NCBI GenBank assembly: GCA_033442325.1
Contig: JAWQFM010000010.1
Location: forward strand, 1,331,545-1,395,544
Direction: 5' to 3'
Length of the DNA stretch: 64,000 nucleotides
DNA from: Salpingoeca rosetta
Lineage: Eukaryota > Protista > Choanoflagellata
A program made the translations under genes and the position numbers. The notes beneath the pieces were generated by a model. That model was not told the DNA's origin. It was given only the letters and a program-made list of their open reading frames with translations, and did no database searches. Within the stretch, counting starts at the first letter, position 1. Every line of letters starts with the position of its first letter. Below are positions 26,089-38,422 of the stretch, piece after piece.

Positions 26089-27748
26089 GCGCGCGCGTAC
26101 CTTGCACCACAGGGGGCGTTTTTTCGGAGCAGTAGCTCGGGTTCGTCTTCCTCCCACAATGTCATGATCAGATATGCACACAGCACCAGGAAGCATACAG
26201 ACAGCAAGAAAGGCCGCAACGCTGCTCACACAAACACGCACACACATTTAGTAAGAATTGTGTGAGAGCCAAGTTCCCAAACCGTGTACTCGCTCCTGCT
26301 GTGCACAGATGTGTCTCTCTCTGACACGCACGCACACACACAGACACACAAGCTCCCCTCCCCTCTCTCTCTGTTTCTCTCTCTGTCTCTTTCTTACACG
26401 CGCACACACACTCTCCCACACTCACACAACCTTCTCCTCCCTCCCTCTTAAACCACGTCTAGTGTGACGCACGGTGGTGGCCGTGGAGTTCAGCGACAAA
26501 GTTGGCGAGAACGCCCGACAGAACAGCAACAACGCCGTTGCCAAAGGTGGCAATGGCAAAGGTTCTCGACACCCACTCCTCGGGAAAACCCTGCCCATTC
26601 ACATGGAACACACACAATGTTGTGTGTGTGTGTGTGTGTGAGGTGAAGGGCCGACAGGTGCTTAGACACGTGCAGCAACGAATTAGAAACCCTGTTCCCT
26701 CCTTCCTAAAGGAGACACCCCACTTCCACCACCAACTGCCACCAAACACACACACACACACACAACCACACAGCGCGACAAACCTTCTTGTTGTGTTGGT
26801 AGATCATCCAGCTCTCAAACGCGGAGGTGAGGAGGGAGGTGGAGAGGCCGCCCAGGATCCGGCCCAGCATGAGGAGGAAGAAGCTGCTAGACAGCTTCAT
26901 CAGGCAGCTGAGCGAGTAGAGGTAGCAGAATGTGATGCACAGCCGGCGCCGGCCATACCGGTCTGCCAGATTTCCCAGCAAGGGCCCAAACAGCATGGAG
27001 CTGACAAACCCGCTGATGTACAGCGCAGCAATTTGCTCCTGCAGCGAACGGTTGGAAGGTGGTGGTGGATGTGGTTTTGGGAGGTGAGAAAGAAGGGTAA
27101 TGAGGGTGTGAAACGCGAGCCAGGGACAAGGGCATGGGGGCGAACAAGTGAGCAGACAAAAGGTAGCTGCACTTTCACACACGCACATGCAAACGCGATA
27201 CAAGGTGGCCACACAGACACGCACACAGGAATAAACACGCAGACACAGACACAGACACAGATGCAAGCACAACCGTACACACAACCACACACACGCACAC
27301 GCACAGACACAGATGCAAGCACAACCGTACACACAACCACACACACGCACACGCACAGACACAGACACAGATGCAATCACAATCACAACCACACACACAC
27401 GTACCCTCTCACTCAATCACAACCATACACACCACCACACACACGCACACGCACACACACACACACACGCTCATACAATCACACAATCACACAATCACAC
27501 AATCGCACAATCACACCAACCTCGAGGAAGCCGTAGTGCTCGTAGAGCCTGTACAAGTAAGGTCCTTGGAGCCAATCTGCCATCATGGCCACAAGGTAGA
27601 TGCCAAGGTACTTGTACTGGAAGGTGACAAAGTCGGCATTCTTGGACAGCTTGTGGAACGTGCTCGTGTACACAAACGCCGCAATGGTGCCCACAGCCAC
27701 GCACCCAAACACCACATACACGGCTTCTTCAAACCCAGCCGCCGCCAT
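24779..27748 (-). CDS. MFSD5: MFS transporter, MFSD5/molybdate-anion transporter family
   Basis: ATG 27748. Peptides FQYKYLGIYLVAMMADWLQGPYLYRLYEHYG, IAALYISGFVSSMLFG..LADRYGRR, GRILGGLSTSLLTSAFESW, FEAAMYMFVFMWTP, PLGVIFGTFM, ERASIINIFRVPLN. Confidence 0.93.
25804..25892 (+). repeat. (GTT)n, i.e. a sense-strand (CAA)n tract just upstream of an MFSD5 splice acceptor
   Basis: Perfect repeat. The phase-2 junction AG|C GTG CGC places it in the intron. Confidence 0.85.
27251..27354 (+). repeat. 52-bp exact tandem duplication in MFSD5 intron 1
   Basis: ACAGACACAGATGCAAGCACAACCGTACACACAACCACACACACGCACACGC twice, followed by a degenerate third start. Confidence 0.85.
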
Positions 27749-28295
27749 CGCCCAGGGTGGTGGTGGTGGTGGTGGTCACTGGTCGATCCTCACACAGGCG
27801 GGAAGTTCAACTCAACACGCGTGACGTGAAGGCTCGTCCCGCTCACTCTGCGGTTGGAGGTGTTGTCACAACTGCGCTGGTGTCAATGCGCTCACTCGCT
27901 CGCTGCCTCCTTTGCCAGTCTTGTCTGGCTTTCTCACGATTATTGTTGAAATCACAAACAATTATCCACAACCGCCTCAAGAGCACCATCAACCACAGCC
28001 ACACACGCCCCCATCAGCACATGTGTCACGCTGTGACTGACTGAATGGACCGACCGACTGGTACTGCTCTGACTGACGCCCCGCACCATCCACGGATTCC
28101 ATCTCAAACAGCAGCTGCACTCACGTACCGCTTGCCCTCCTTTTGGTTGATTTCTTTTCCTCTTTTGTGTTTTCATCTACTTTCTCTTCTTCATCCGTGG
28201 CTCTTCTCTCTTTGCGCAGGCTTTCCCATTTGCCTCCACTCTTGTTGGAGCAGCGTTTCAGCTCCATCGCCCCCCTCCCGGTCCTTGTGTCTTGC

Positions 28296-30858
28296 ATGGT
28301 GGTGGGTCTCCGCTGTAGTTGCCGAAGGATGGTGCCGAGGTTACGCCGCTTACAGCTGCTGTGGCAGCGACGCTGGCGCACCATAGTTGTCATTGTACTG
28401 TGCATCACACTGCTCGCTGCTCTGCGCAGAAACAGATCCGCAAGGTACAATGCGTCCGACGTGCCCGACCTTACAAAGTGCCGAGCACCCAGCTTGGAGG
28501 TGGCACCTCTGATCACCGCATCCCTGATACACGATACAGCGGACGCCGCCGCCTTCCTTGACCTCCACCGCGTGGCCGAGGCCCCCTTCAACGATCTCAT
28601 ATTGTCTGCGTCCAGTGCCCGCAGCGGCGATGCCAACCGCAACCACGCTCGCGCAGATGTGGACCGCAATGCGCTGCGCCCAGTCACGCACAGGCAAACC
28701 CTCGCCCACTGCATTGCGCAGCACTACCTCGGCGCGATCCAGCAGCCCACGTGGTCGCATCCGTCCGTGTGGTTCGCCGCCATCCAGGCTGCTCAGCACG
28801 AGGGTGCAGCAGCACAGCAGCAGCGCGCAGCACGATCCGCACATGCCAAGGACGCCAACGACAACGCGGACAGCATTAGCAGTAGTAGTAGTAGTAGCGA
28901 AGGCGGTACAGCAGCCACCATGGATCAAGTGCGACGCAAGTGGTGGGCCCACATGGTGCAGCTTGCGCGGCTGCACATCCACCAGCAAGCAGACGGCGAT
29001 CCTGCAAGCGAGCAAGGCAAGGTGCTGGAGGTGCCGAGCGGGCTGCCCATCCACGATGAGTACATTTCCTCCCTCGTCAGCGCCCTGCTCATGCCCATGG
29101 ACAGCGATGCGCTCGCTTACTCGGCGCACGTTCCCAAGCACATCAACGTCCACACCACCATCTGCGGGGCATCCCCTGCCACGGCTCGCCGCTGCCGCTC
29201 TGGCCGCCCTATGCTCTCCCCTTCCGCGTCCCTGCAAGCAGCGACCGCCGTCTTCGCCTCGCGCTCCCTCGCCCTCACCAACGTGGCAGACACTTGGCTC
29301 CTGCAGCTGGCGCAGCACGTGCGCGCGGGCGGCGTGGTTGCCTTCCACGACGTCTACTTTGCCGGCGACGACCCCTCCCCGTGCGTGCTGGCAAACGCCC
29401 TGCACTCCCCTGCGGGCGACACCAGCGTCGTGTACGCCACGGAGGCCACCATCGCGTTCTTCCTCGCCCACTTTGATGTGGAGTGGTACCGGGACGTGCG
29501 CGTGTCCTTCCACCCGTCGCTCGCGTGTGAGAAGCGGGAAGTGTTCGCCCTGCTGCGGCGCCGCACCACGCTCCGCCCAGGCATCGCCACACCGCGGCGT
29601 GTGGACCTCACCATCACCTCCCTCCGCGCCATCAAGACGGCCTTGGCAGCAGCCCCGTCGTCCCGGCACCCGTCGCAGTGGCTGCAGCGCTTGTTGGACG
29701 CCGCCTTGCACCACTCGCCAAACGCATGGCCAAACCTGGCACACCGCCCCCACACCACCAACACCAACACCAACACCAACACAAACACAAACACAAACAC
29801 CAACGCCAACAACGACGGAGGTGCTGTGTCCTTGTTCCACGAAGCGTCACGCCCGCGCCGGTGGGCAACGAACGGGCTGTTGCACGACACAATGTCGCAG
29901 CTTGAGGCATTTGACGCCGTGGAGCGGCTCCTCGAAGGGGGCGTGCCCGATGGATGCAACCCAACCAGCGACATTTGCAACATCTTCTTTGTCTGGACGT
30001 CACATCGCGACACGTGGTCCTTCCTGAACAGACTGGCGGTGGAGTCCGCCCTGCGCATCTTCCCGCGTGCGCGCGTGATTATCGTGTCAAACACGCTTCC
30101 CGTCACCTTCTTCAACAGCCTGCAGGCATCGCACCGCGTGTATGTGTGGCGCATCGTGCCCACCCGCCTCGTGCGCGCCGGCGTTGCTGGCGGCAGGTGG
30201 CTGCGCGCTGCCCTGCGTGAGCAAGGCCCACATCTCCCCACGCACCAGAGCGACTTCCTGCGGTACGTCGTGCTGTACAAGTACGGCGGTCTGTTCAGCG
30301 ACACGGACCTGGTGTGGCTGGACGCGTCCCCGCTCGCCCACGCCATTGGCCGAAACTTCCTGGGCAAGATTGACAGCCGGCCCATCTTGGCGCGCTGCCC
30401 CTGGTGCGTTGACAGCACGTGGTACCTTGCCAACGGCGTGCTGCGCTTCCAGGCGCGCCACAAAATGCTTGCAAGTATTCTTGGGCACATTGACACGCTG
30501 CGCTACGACCCAAGTGACCGCCTGGCCATCGGGCCGCACCTTGTCACCAAGACGTTCAACGCCCTGCAGGACCCAAGCGTCATCTTAGTCGACGAGCATG
30601 TGCTGTTCCCCATGTCCGGACCAGATGTCCTGCAGTACATGGACCCACGCCCGCCCCACACGCGCCTGGCGGACCTGCTGACCTCCGCCGCTGTCCATGT
30701 GTTTGAGGCAACGTACAAGGCCGCTCCCTACGCCCCGACGAGCGCAATGCAGCAGCTGCTCGCGCTCACGCCCTGGGTGCAGATTGACCCCGTGTGCGAA
30801 TGTGTCTGGCAGCAAGACGACACCGACACCGACACCAACGAAGATAAGGGTGATGATG

Positions 30859-30892
<34 letters not shown>

Positions 30893-33575
30893 TGGTGGTG
30901 CTGCTGTAGGGGGTGACAGCACGAAGCGCAAGAAGACCAACCTGTGTCTGCCGTACAGTGCAACGGCTCGGTACAGGCAGGGGTCTCGCGACCACCTCGT
31001 GCGCATGTGTGTCAAGATCAGGGGCATCCACAGCGACGCTGATCAGAGCAGCACACCCAACAGCGACAGAAACGAGCGTGCTGCTGGTGATGGTGACAAC
31101 GATGAAGGTGCTGGTGGTGAGGAGAAGAGTCGTGACGGCACGAGCGTGGTTGGCTTGCCTGAGGACGGCGTGCTTGTGCTTGAGGCGCGGCTTGGGCGCG
31201 TGCAGACGGCGTACCAGGCCGCTGACAAGCGCATTGTCGTACCGCTGCACAGAGACATGACGCACACAGAGCTGCTGGAGCTGGCACAGCTGTGGTACGT
31301 GCACGGCGAGGAGTACTGCAACGACCACGTCACCGTGCAGGTGGTGCTTGCCTCGGGCGTGGTGTATGCTGAGGGCGGTGTTGATGTGATGACGCCGTGC
31401 TTTGGCGTCGCAGAGGCGCAGCAGCGGTACATTGGGCCCCCGCTGGCAAAGGGCACGTACACGTGGACAAACGCCGAGCACATGCTGCAGTGCACGCGGT
31501 TCAGCGAGGAGTATGCGGGGCCTGACCCCCTCATGTTCTGGCCGCGCAAGTACCGCAAGCTGGTGGGCGACATGGTGAGTCCTGCCACCGCCAAGTATGC
31601 CTTTGGCTACACGCCCGCGCTCACAGCAGCCAACGGGGCGGGCGAACAGCAGCAACGGCAACAGCCGCGGTACAAGGTTGGCCTGGTGGTGGTGGCAACA
31701 GGCTGGTACTACGCCTTTCTGGACGACTTTGTTGCCAGTGCTGAGGAGTTTTTCATGCCGGGCCACGAAGTGCACTACTTTGTGTTCACGGACAACCGCC
31801 CCTTTGCTGCTGGCCCTGCTGACCGCATGCACATTCTCCGGCAGCCCGTGTACGGGTGGCCCTTTGACAGCATGTTCCGCTACGAGAGCATCCTGCGTCA
31901 GCGGCACCACTTTCGCAACATGGACTACATCTTCATGCTTGACTCGGACATTGTCTTCTCAAACTTTGTTCGCGAGGAGATTCTCGGGGAGATGGTGGGC
32001 GTGACGCAGGCGTTTGCATTTGGCCTGGCGCGCAGCGAGTACCCTCTGGAGAGCAACCCCGCGAGCGTCGCCTATGTGCCACAGAGGTCCACGCCGTGCT
32101 ACTACGCCGGCGGCATCTTTGGCGGCACGGTCGAGGGGGCCGTTCGCTTCCTCCAGCACACGGCGTGGCTCATGGAGTGGGACATTATGCAACAGGTCAG
32201 CGCGGGCCACGACGATGAATCATACCTCAACCGCATCTTCGCGTGGAACCCGCCGGACGTTGTGTTGCCCGCAAGCTACATCTACCCTGAGCCGCCTTGC
32301 GATCGCGCGTGGCAAGCCGGCGGCAGGCGATATGACGGCACGTATCCGCCGCGCATTTTGAATGTGGGGTGTAGGAAGGTGCTGGGCCTGCAGCCGGGGA
32401 TGGGCCGTAAGACGCGCACAGAGGACGCAGGCACGCCGAAGGACTTTATGCTGCGGGAGGCACGCGCCCACGCCGCGGACATGACGCCAGGCACCGCCAA
32501 CGAGCAACAGCAGCAAGAACAGCAGCAGAAACAGCAGCATGGTGGTGAAGGGGCAGAGGATGCATTGCTGTCCACGCCGCTGTGGATGGTATCGTGCATC
32601 GACTCCTTGCCGGATGATCTCGACGACGGTGCGCATGATGACATGTGGGCGGACAGCATTGCCGCCGCACCACGGCGCCTGGCCAACCACACCAGGCACG
32701 CCGGCGTTGTTTATGGCATGAGCAACGCGCTCCTGCAGCGGTTCTGGGCGGCGCGGGCCTCGCAGTTGCACCCGCCCACGCTGCACGTGGTTGCCGTGTC
32801 CCGCTGTGATGCGCAGGCGGTGGCGGCGTTGCTGCAGCTTGTGCAGGCGGATGTGGTGCTGGTCACTGACCCGGGCCTGACGCCAGGGTGGCAGGTGAAC
32901 TTTGGCGTGTGGCGACGCATGCTGCAAGACAACAGTCGGCTGTGGAAGGCAGCGGGGCAGTCTGCAGGCGGTGATGGTGCTGGCGATGACGTGACGGCGC
33001 CGTTGAGGATCGCTGCTGCGTGCCCCTTCCCCAGCAGCAAGTACCGGCAGATGAACCTGGGCACGCGTGCTGTGGGCAATCTGCTGTGCGGGTGGGACAC
33101 GCAGGCTGCATCACACCCGAGCGATGGCCAGCGGGAGCGGGTGCTCGCCACAGACTTCCGCACGTACGTGTGTCGGGCGAAACCGCTGCATGATGTTGAA
33201 GACCACCAGGCGTTTATGGCACTCAAAGCGCCGCTGCTGTCTGCCATGAACAAAATCGGCGCACCTGTGGTGATGGAAGCAGATGCGCGCAGCAACCTTG
33301 GACTGCCCACACGCAGCGGCATTGACACACAACCACGCAGCCGTGGCGGCGGCGCTGCTGGGCGCGGTGGGGACGTGACGGGGAGCTTTGCACGGCGCAC
33401 GATGGCAGCCCTGCGCTCCCTGATGCAATCGGAGGGCGGTGCCGCTGTGGAAGTTGCATCATGTTTCACAGACATGCAGCCGTTTATTGCCGCGCCGGTT
33501 GTTGCGCGCACGTCTGCGAAGATGTGTTGCAGAACACGCTTCCTCGGTATGTGTTTGTCGTATCGAGAGTGCTAG
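28296..33575 (+). CDS. Intronless multi-domain type II membrane glycosyltransferase: TM, possible methyltransferase-like region, GT32 (A4GALT/A4GNT-like), GT6 (ABO/GBGT1/GGTA1-like), unknown C-terminal domain
   Basis: Single open frame; first ATG 28296, alternative 28329. TM WRTIVVIVLCITLLAAL. GT32 at ~29980-30720: IFFVWTS, AVESA, HQSDFLRYVVLYKYGGLFSDTD, LANGVLRF, GPHLVT. GT6 at ~31670-32300: KVGLVVVATGWY, SAEEFFMPGHEVHYFVFTD, DYIFMLDSD, YYAGGIFGG, DDESYLNR, YIYPE. Confidence 0.92.
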
Positions 33576-33659
33576 CCGGGCTGCTTTGCTCCTTTGCTTG
33601 CTCACATGTCGTGCAGCTTGTTCTGTGCTGTTCTTTATGTTAGCTCGATTTCAGCTTGT

Positions 33660-33762
<103 letters not shown>

Positions 33763-34067
33763 GGCACTATTCACTTGCTTTGTCCACGCAAGAAGTGAGC
33801 CGCAGACGTGAACAACACCAACTTTAGGGAATGGAGGTTGTCCATGTGCAATGTATTGACGGGGTGAACAAGAGGAAGTGGGTACGGGCTGGTGTAGAAA
33901 TGTTGTGGATGGGGTGTAAATGACTGGAGGGGGGGGGGGGCTGGTTGCGCCACGAACGAAAGCACTTTGAACAGAGACAATCGATGCACATTCGGGCGCA
34001 TGTCGTCGATCATGATACACCAAAAGAAGGAAGGAAGCAAGGAAGGAAGGGAGGGAGGGACGCTGAT

Positions 34068-34534
34068 TCACTTCTTCTTCTTCTTCTCTGTGGGTTTGGT
34101 TGCGCAGATGCGCGGGTGCGTGGGTGTGTGGGTGCGGGTGCATGTGAGAAAAGCAATAAAGGCACTGTGTGTATGCAAAGCAATGAAGCAACATGCGTGT
34201 GGGCAGCGGTTGTCCACATGAATGTGTACACGTGCATGTGTGCTTGCAACGAACGAACCAATCTGGCGCTTGATGAGCTGCTTGCGCTGGCTGCCCTTGC
34301 TGGCCCTGGAGAGGCGGCGGTAGTAGACAATACCGGCAACCAGCGCCGCCGCCACAAGCAGCGGCCACACCTGCTCCAGCAGCGCGTATGCCATCCTGTC
34401 GCAGGATGGGGTGGGGGGTGGGGTGGGGTGATGGATGAGCACAAAGGATTGCAAAAACCAAAGCAGGCGGTTGGTGTAAGGACACAATGAACGCATAAAA
34501 CAGTGTTGGCAATGAAGCGGTGTTGGCAAACCAA

Positions 34535-34585
<51 letters not shown>

Positions 34586-35135
34586 ACACACACACACACA
34601 CTCTCTCTCTCTCTCTCTCTGATGCAATGCAATGTCACACGCACCGCTGAGCGTCACGCCACCACGTTGGCGTCTCATAAGCGATGAGGGCAATGTCGTA
34701 GTTCAACTGCAGCAAGCAAGCAAGGAGGGACGCAAGCAAGGAGGCGTGAGTGATTCAGGCTCAGGGCACCAAGTATGCGATGAGGAAGGCAGGTGGGACT
34801 CGAGCAGTCGCTTACGTGTGCGCCATCCGGAACGGGCTTGTTCTTGATGCGAAGGCTGGGGTCATCAAAACCAAGCTCGGGCGGAATGATGGCCTGCACG
34901 CGAACACCGGGGCAGCGGCCCAGCAGTGCCTTCTCCACACCTGGAAGCCAGCCGGCGAGTGGGTGCGCGCGTGTGTGAGTGAGTGCGCGTGTATGTGGTG
35001 AGTGAGTGAGAGAGTGAGAGAGTGTGTGTGTTTGTACTGGGAGGGTCAAACACACTCGCGTGAGCTACCTGCATGCAATTGCAAGCAAGGAATCGCACAC
35101 AGACACACACAGACATGCACAGACAGACAGACACA

Positions 35136-35218
<83 letters not shown>

Positions 35219-35499
35219 CAACCTCGAAGGGCTTGGCCTTGACCGACCCTGAAGACGTGGCCGCGGCCGTTGCCATTCTCATCGGGGCCTGCGTAGTCGA
35301 TCATGTTGCCCTTGAACATGCCTGCGTACATGATGTGAGCAGCGTCGCCCTCACGCAGCTGCGCAGTTTGAACAGGCGCATGTCGAAACGCACAGTGAGA
35401 CGGCGAAGCAGCGAAGAAGGTAGAAGGAGAAGGAAAAGAAGAAGTAGGAGAAGTCGAGGAAAGAATAAGCAAATGAGAAGCCACGACTGCGACACACAC

Positions 35500-35576
<77 letters not shown>

Positions 35577-35861
35577 GCTACGGACCGGGGTGGTGCACGC
35601 CTCGCCGCTCTCCAGGACCTTGACCAGAAGGCCAGAGCCATCCACCTCCTCAAACTCGGCCAAGGCTTCTTCCTCCGTCATTGTTGGAGCACCTTCTTCA
35701 CTCTCCGTGTTGGTGGCAGGAGGGGGTGTTGCCGTTGCATCGGGGCTGCCTGCCTTTCCCTCGTCCACTTGCGCCACAACCAGCGGGCCGGTCGGGGTGA
35801 GACCACCACACACCACCAACACCACCGCAGCCAGCAGACACCACTGAACTCCACCACGCAT
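34068..35861 (-). CDS. ER membrane FKBP-type peptidyl-prolyl isomerase, FKBP11-like
   Basis: Signal peptide MRGGVQWCLLAAVVLVV. Peptides GDAAHIMYAGMF, VFRVGQGQALRG, LPGVEKALLGRCPG..IIPPELGF. C-terminal TM WPLLVAAALVAGIVYY and a poly-Lys tail EKKKKK*. Confidence 0.85.
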
Positions 35862-35961
35862 CTTCGTCTTTCTTTTTTGTTTTGCCTTTTTCTTCACTAT
35901 AAATGTGCATGCAATCACATCGAACAAAAGAAAAGTTGAGGTGGCGGTGCTTGATGTGGTT

Positions 35962-36056
<95 letters not shown>

Positions 36057-36057
<1 letters not shown>

Positions 36058-36184
36058 TACGACGCCTTTTGATCAATGAGGAAGGAAATCCTGCCTGCTT
36101 TTGTGCGCATTTGAATGCGATGCAGGTCGCGCCACTCCATGTGCAACGCTAACACCTGTGTGATGAGTTGTGCGCGCGCGCGTG

Positions 36185-36236
<52 letters not shown>

Positions 36237-38389
36237 GAGCCACGATGGGCGTGCAGGTGCATAACAACGAGATGACAGGGCAAGGAGAGGCGAATGAAGC
36301 AACGCAGAGCCACTCAAAACCCACTCACAGAGCCACTCACGTCGCGCTGTGTAATGTTGTTCAGCTTGTCAGAAGAGAAGTCGCCCTCCTTCACCTTCTT
36401 GCACGAGGCGCCCAACACTCCAAACAAGGTATTGGTCAACTGCACCAACCAAACACGTGCAGCAATTGATCACGACGTGTAAAAACACAGCTTGGGCCCA
36501 GGCCAGTGATGATTGTCAATTGAAGCAGCACAGGACACAAGAAACGCAACGCACTGAAAACACCGCACAGCGCATGCGACGCGTACACAATCACTACAGG
36601 CACACATACCTGCCACACGCGCCAGTGCTTCTCCACGAGAGAGAAGGTGATGAGGTATTTGCACGTGGGGTCGAAGGCTGTGGCCGAGATGGGCGCTGAA
36701 TGCGCTTGCACAACCTGGCCATGCACATTCGCAGCACGTGGCACATTCAAAGCCGTGTCATGAGCGATGTAAAATTAAACACGCGCACATGCACGCATGC
36801 ACGCGACACGCACCTTCCACACTGTTGCAGTCTTGAGGTCGAAGATGGTGAGCTTGCCATCCTGAGCGCCCACAGCGAGGCCTGCACCGCAGTGTGTTGT
36901 GCGTTGGTGGTACCCAAGGTGGAAGGGAGTGAACGCAACCAAGCGTACGGGAATGAGTATCATCAGCGTGTGAAGTGATACGGTGCGAACAAGCACGCAC
37001 AGAGCATGCATGGGGATGAGGGTGGGGCTGGTGCACTCCTCCCCGCTCGCCACAATCGCTGACGCACGTGCTGTGGCGGACGACGTTGACGGCACGCGCG
37101 CAATCATGGGATATGTGCGGCAGATGTCAGACAGCACACGCTTGGCGAGCTGTTCGCACAACACACAGTGGTTGATTGATTGTGAGGGATACAGATCCAA
37201 GTGCCACACACGTATCACAGCCCTGGCGTAGTTATTACAATACAGCCAAAGCACCAAACTCTCACGCACTCTTTGCCCGTCCTTTCGACATCACCTCACA
37301 CACGCACACACGCACGCAAACACACACACACACACACACGCACACTCGCACGCACACGCACGCACACACACGCACACGCAAACACACACGCACACCCATA
37401 CAGACAGACAAACACCACATCACCACCTTTGCGCATTTGGTGCGGGCGGTCTTGTTTGGATCAAGCGTGCGCATGACAGTGTCCACGATTGTCTCGAGCT
37501 GATCCAGCAGCGACGACGGGTGACGCAGCACCAACTTCCGCAGCAACTGTGCAGCCAGGGCGCGGTCGGTCAAGCAAGGTCGCGTAGTGTGCACGTGGAT
37601 GGAGGTGCATTTGGGAGGGTGCAAGTGTGCATGCGCGAGAGTGTGCATGTGAGGAAGGAAAGGAAGAGCAATGAGTGTGAAACACATGCATGTGTGCCCT
37701 ACAGCGCTACTCTCTCGTCGTCGTCATCATCATCGTACCGCGAGCATGCCCTCGGAGTAGTTGGCGTCGTCCCGCTCCACAAAGAACGTGAGCGCATGGA
37801 TAAACGCGCGAGGGGACTTGGTGACGACAACACTCAGTGCATGCAGGCACGCTGCGCTCAGCGTGGTGTCGTGCCCGCTGGCCAGACGAATGATGGTGAC
37901 TAGCATGGACTGCAAGCGCTTGCCATGCGACACGTGCATCGTCTGACACCCAGCTGTCACCGCCGTGATCGCCAGCACGCGGACGCTAGTGCCTGCAGCG
38001 AGCAGGATGAACAACGGGCGAGTAAAGCGGACATTGTGTGTGTGTGTGTGCGCGCGTGTGCGTGCGTGTGTGCGCGTGTGTGCGTGTATGGGTACGGATG
38101 TTTGTATCAGCTACAGCGGCAACGCAAGCACATGCACGCGAAGACATTTGCACGTCCATCCCCCCTCCCTCAACCGTCCGCACTTTCCAACGCCAGCACC
38201 CAGGGCAACTCACTGATGGTTGGCGCCATGATGATGCGCTCCAGCAGCGCCACCAGCTGCTCGGTGTTCTTGAATGTCGCCAGGTCAAGATCCATCAGAA
38301 TCGTCTCCAGAATCAGCGTTTCAACCTGCCACAATGGTGATCATTGTGGATGGCGAATGAGAACACGGGTCAGCACATGAACTCATGTA

Positions 38390-38422
<33 letters not shown>

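Noticed and set aside
28350-32927. Several 200-500-aa alternative-frame and antisense ORFs over the glycosyltransferase gene
   Set aside because: Expected from high GC3 and stop-codon depletion
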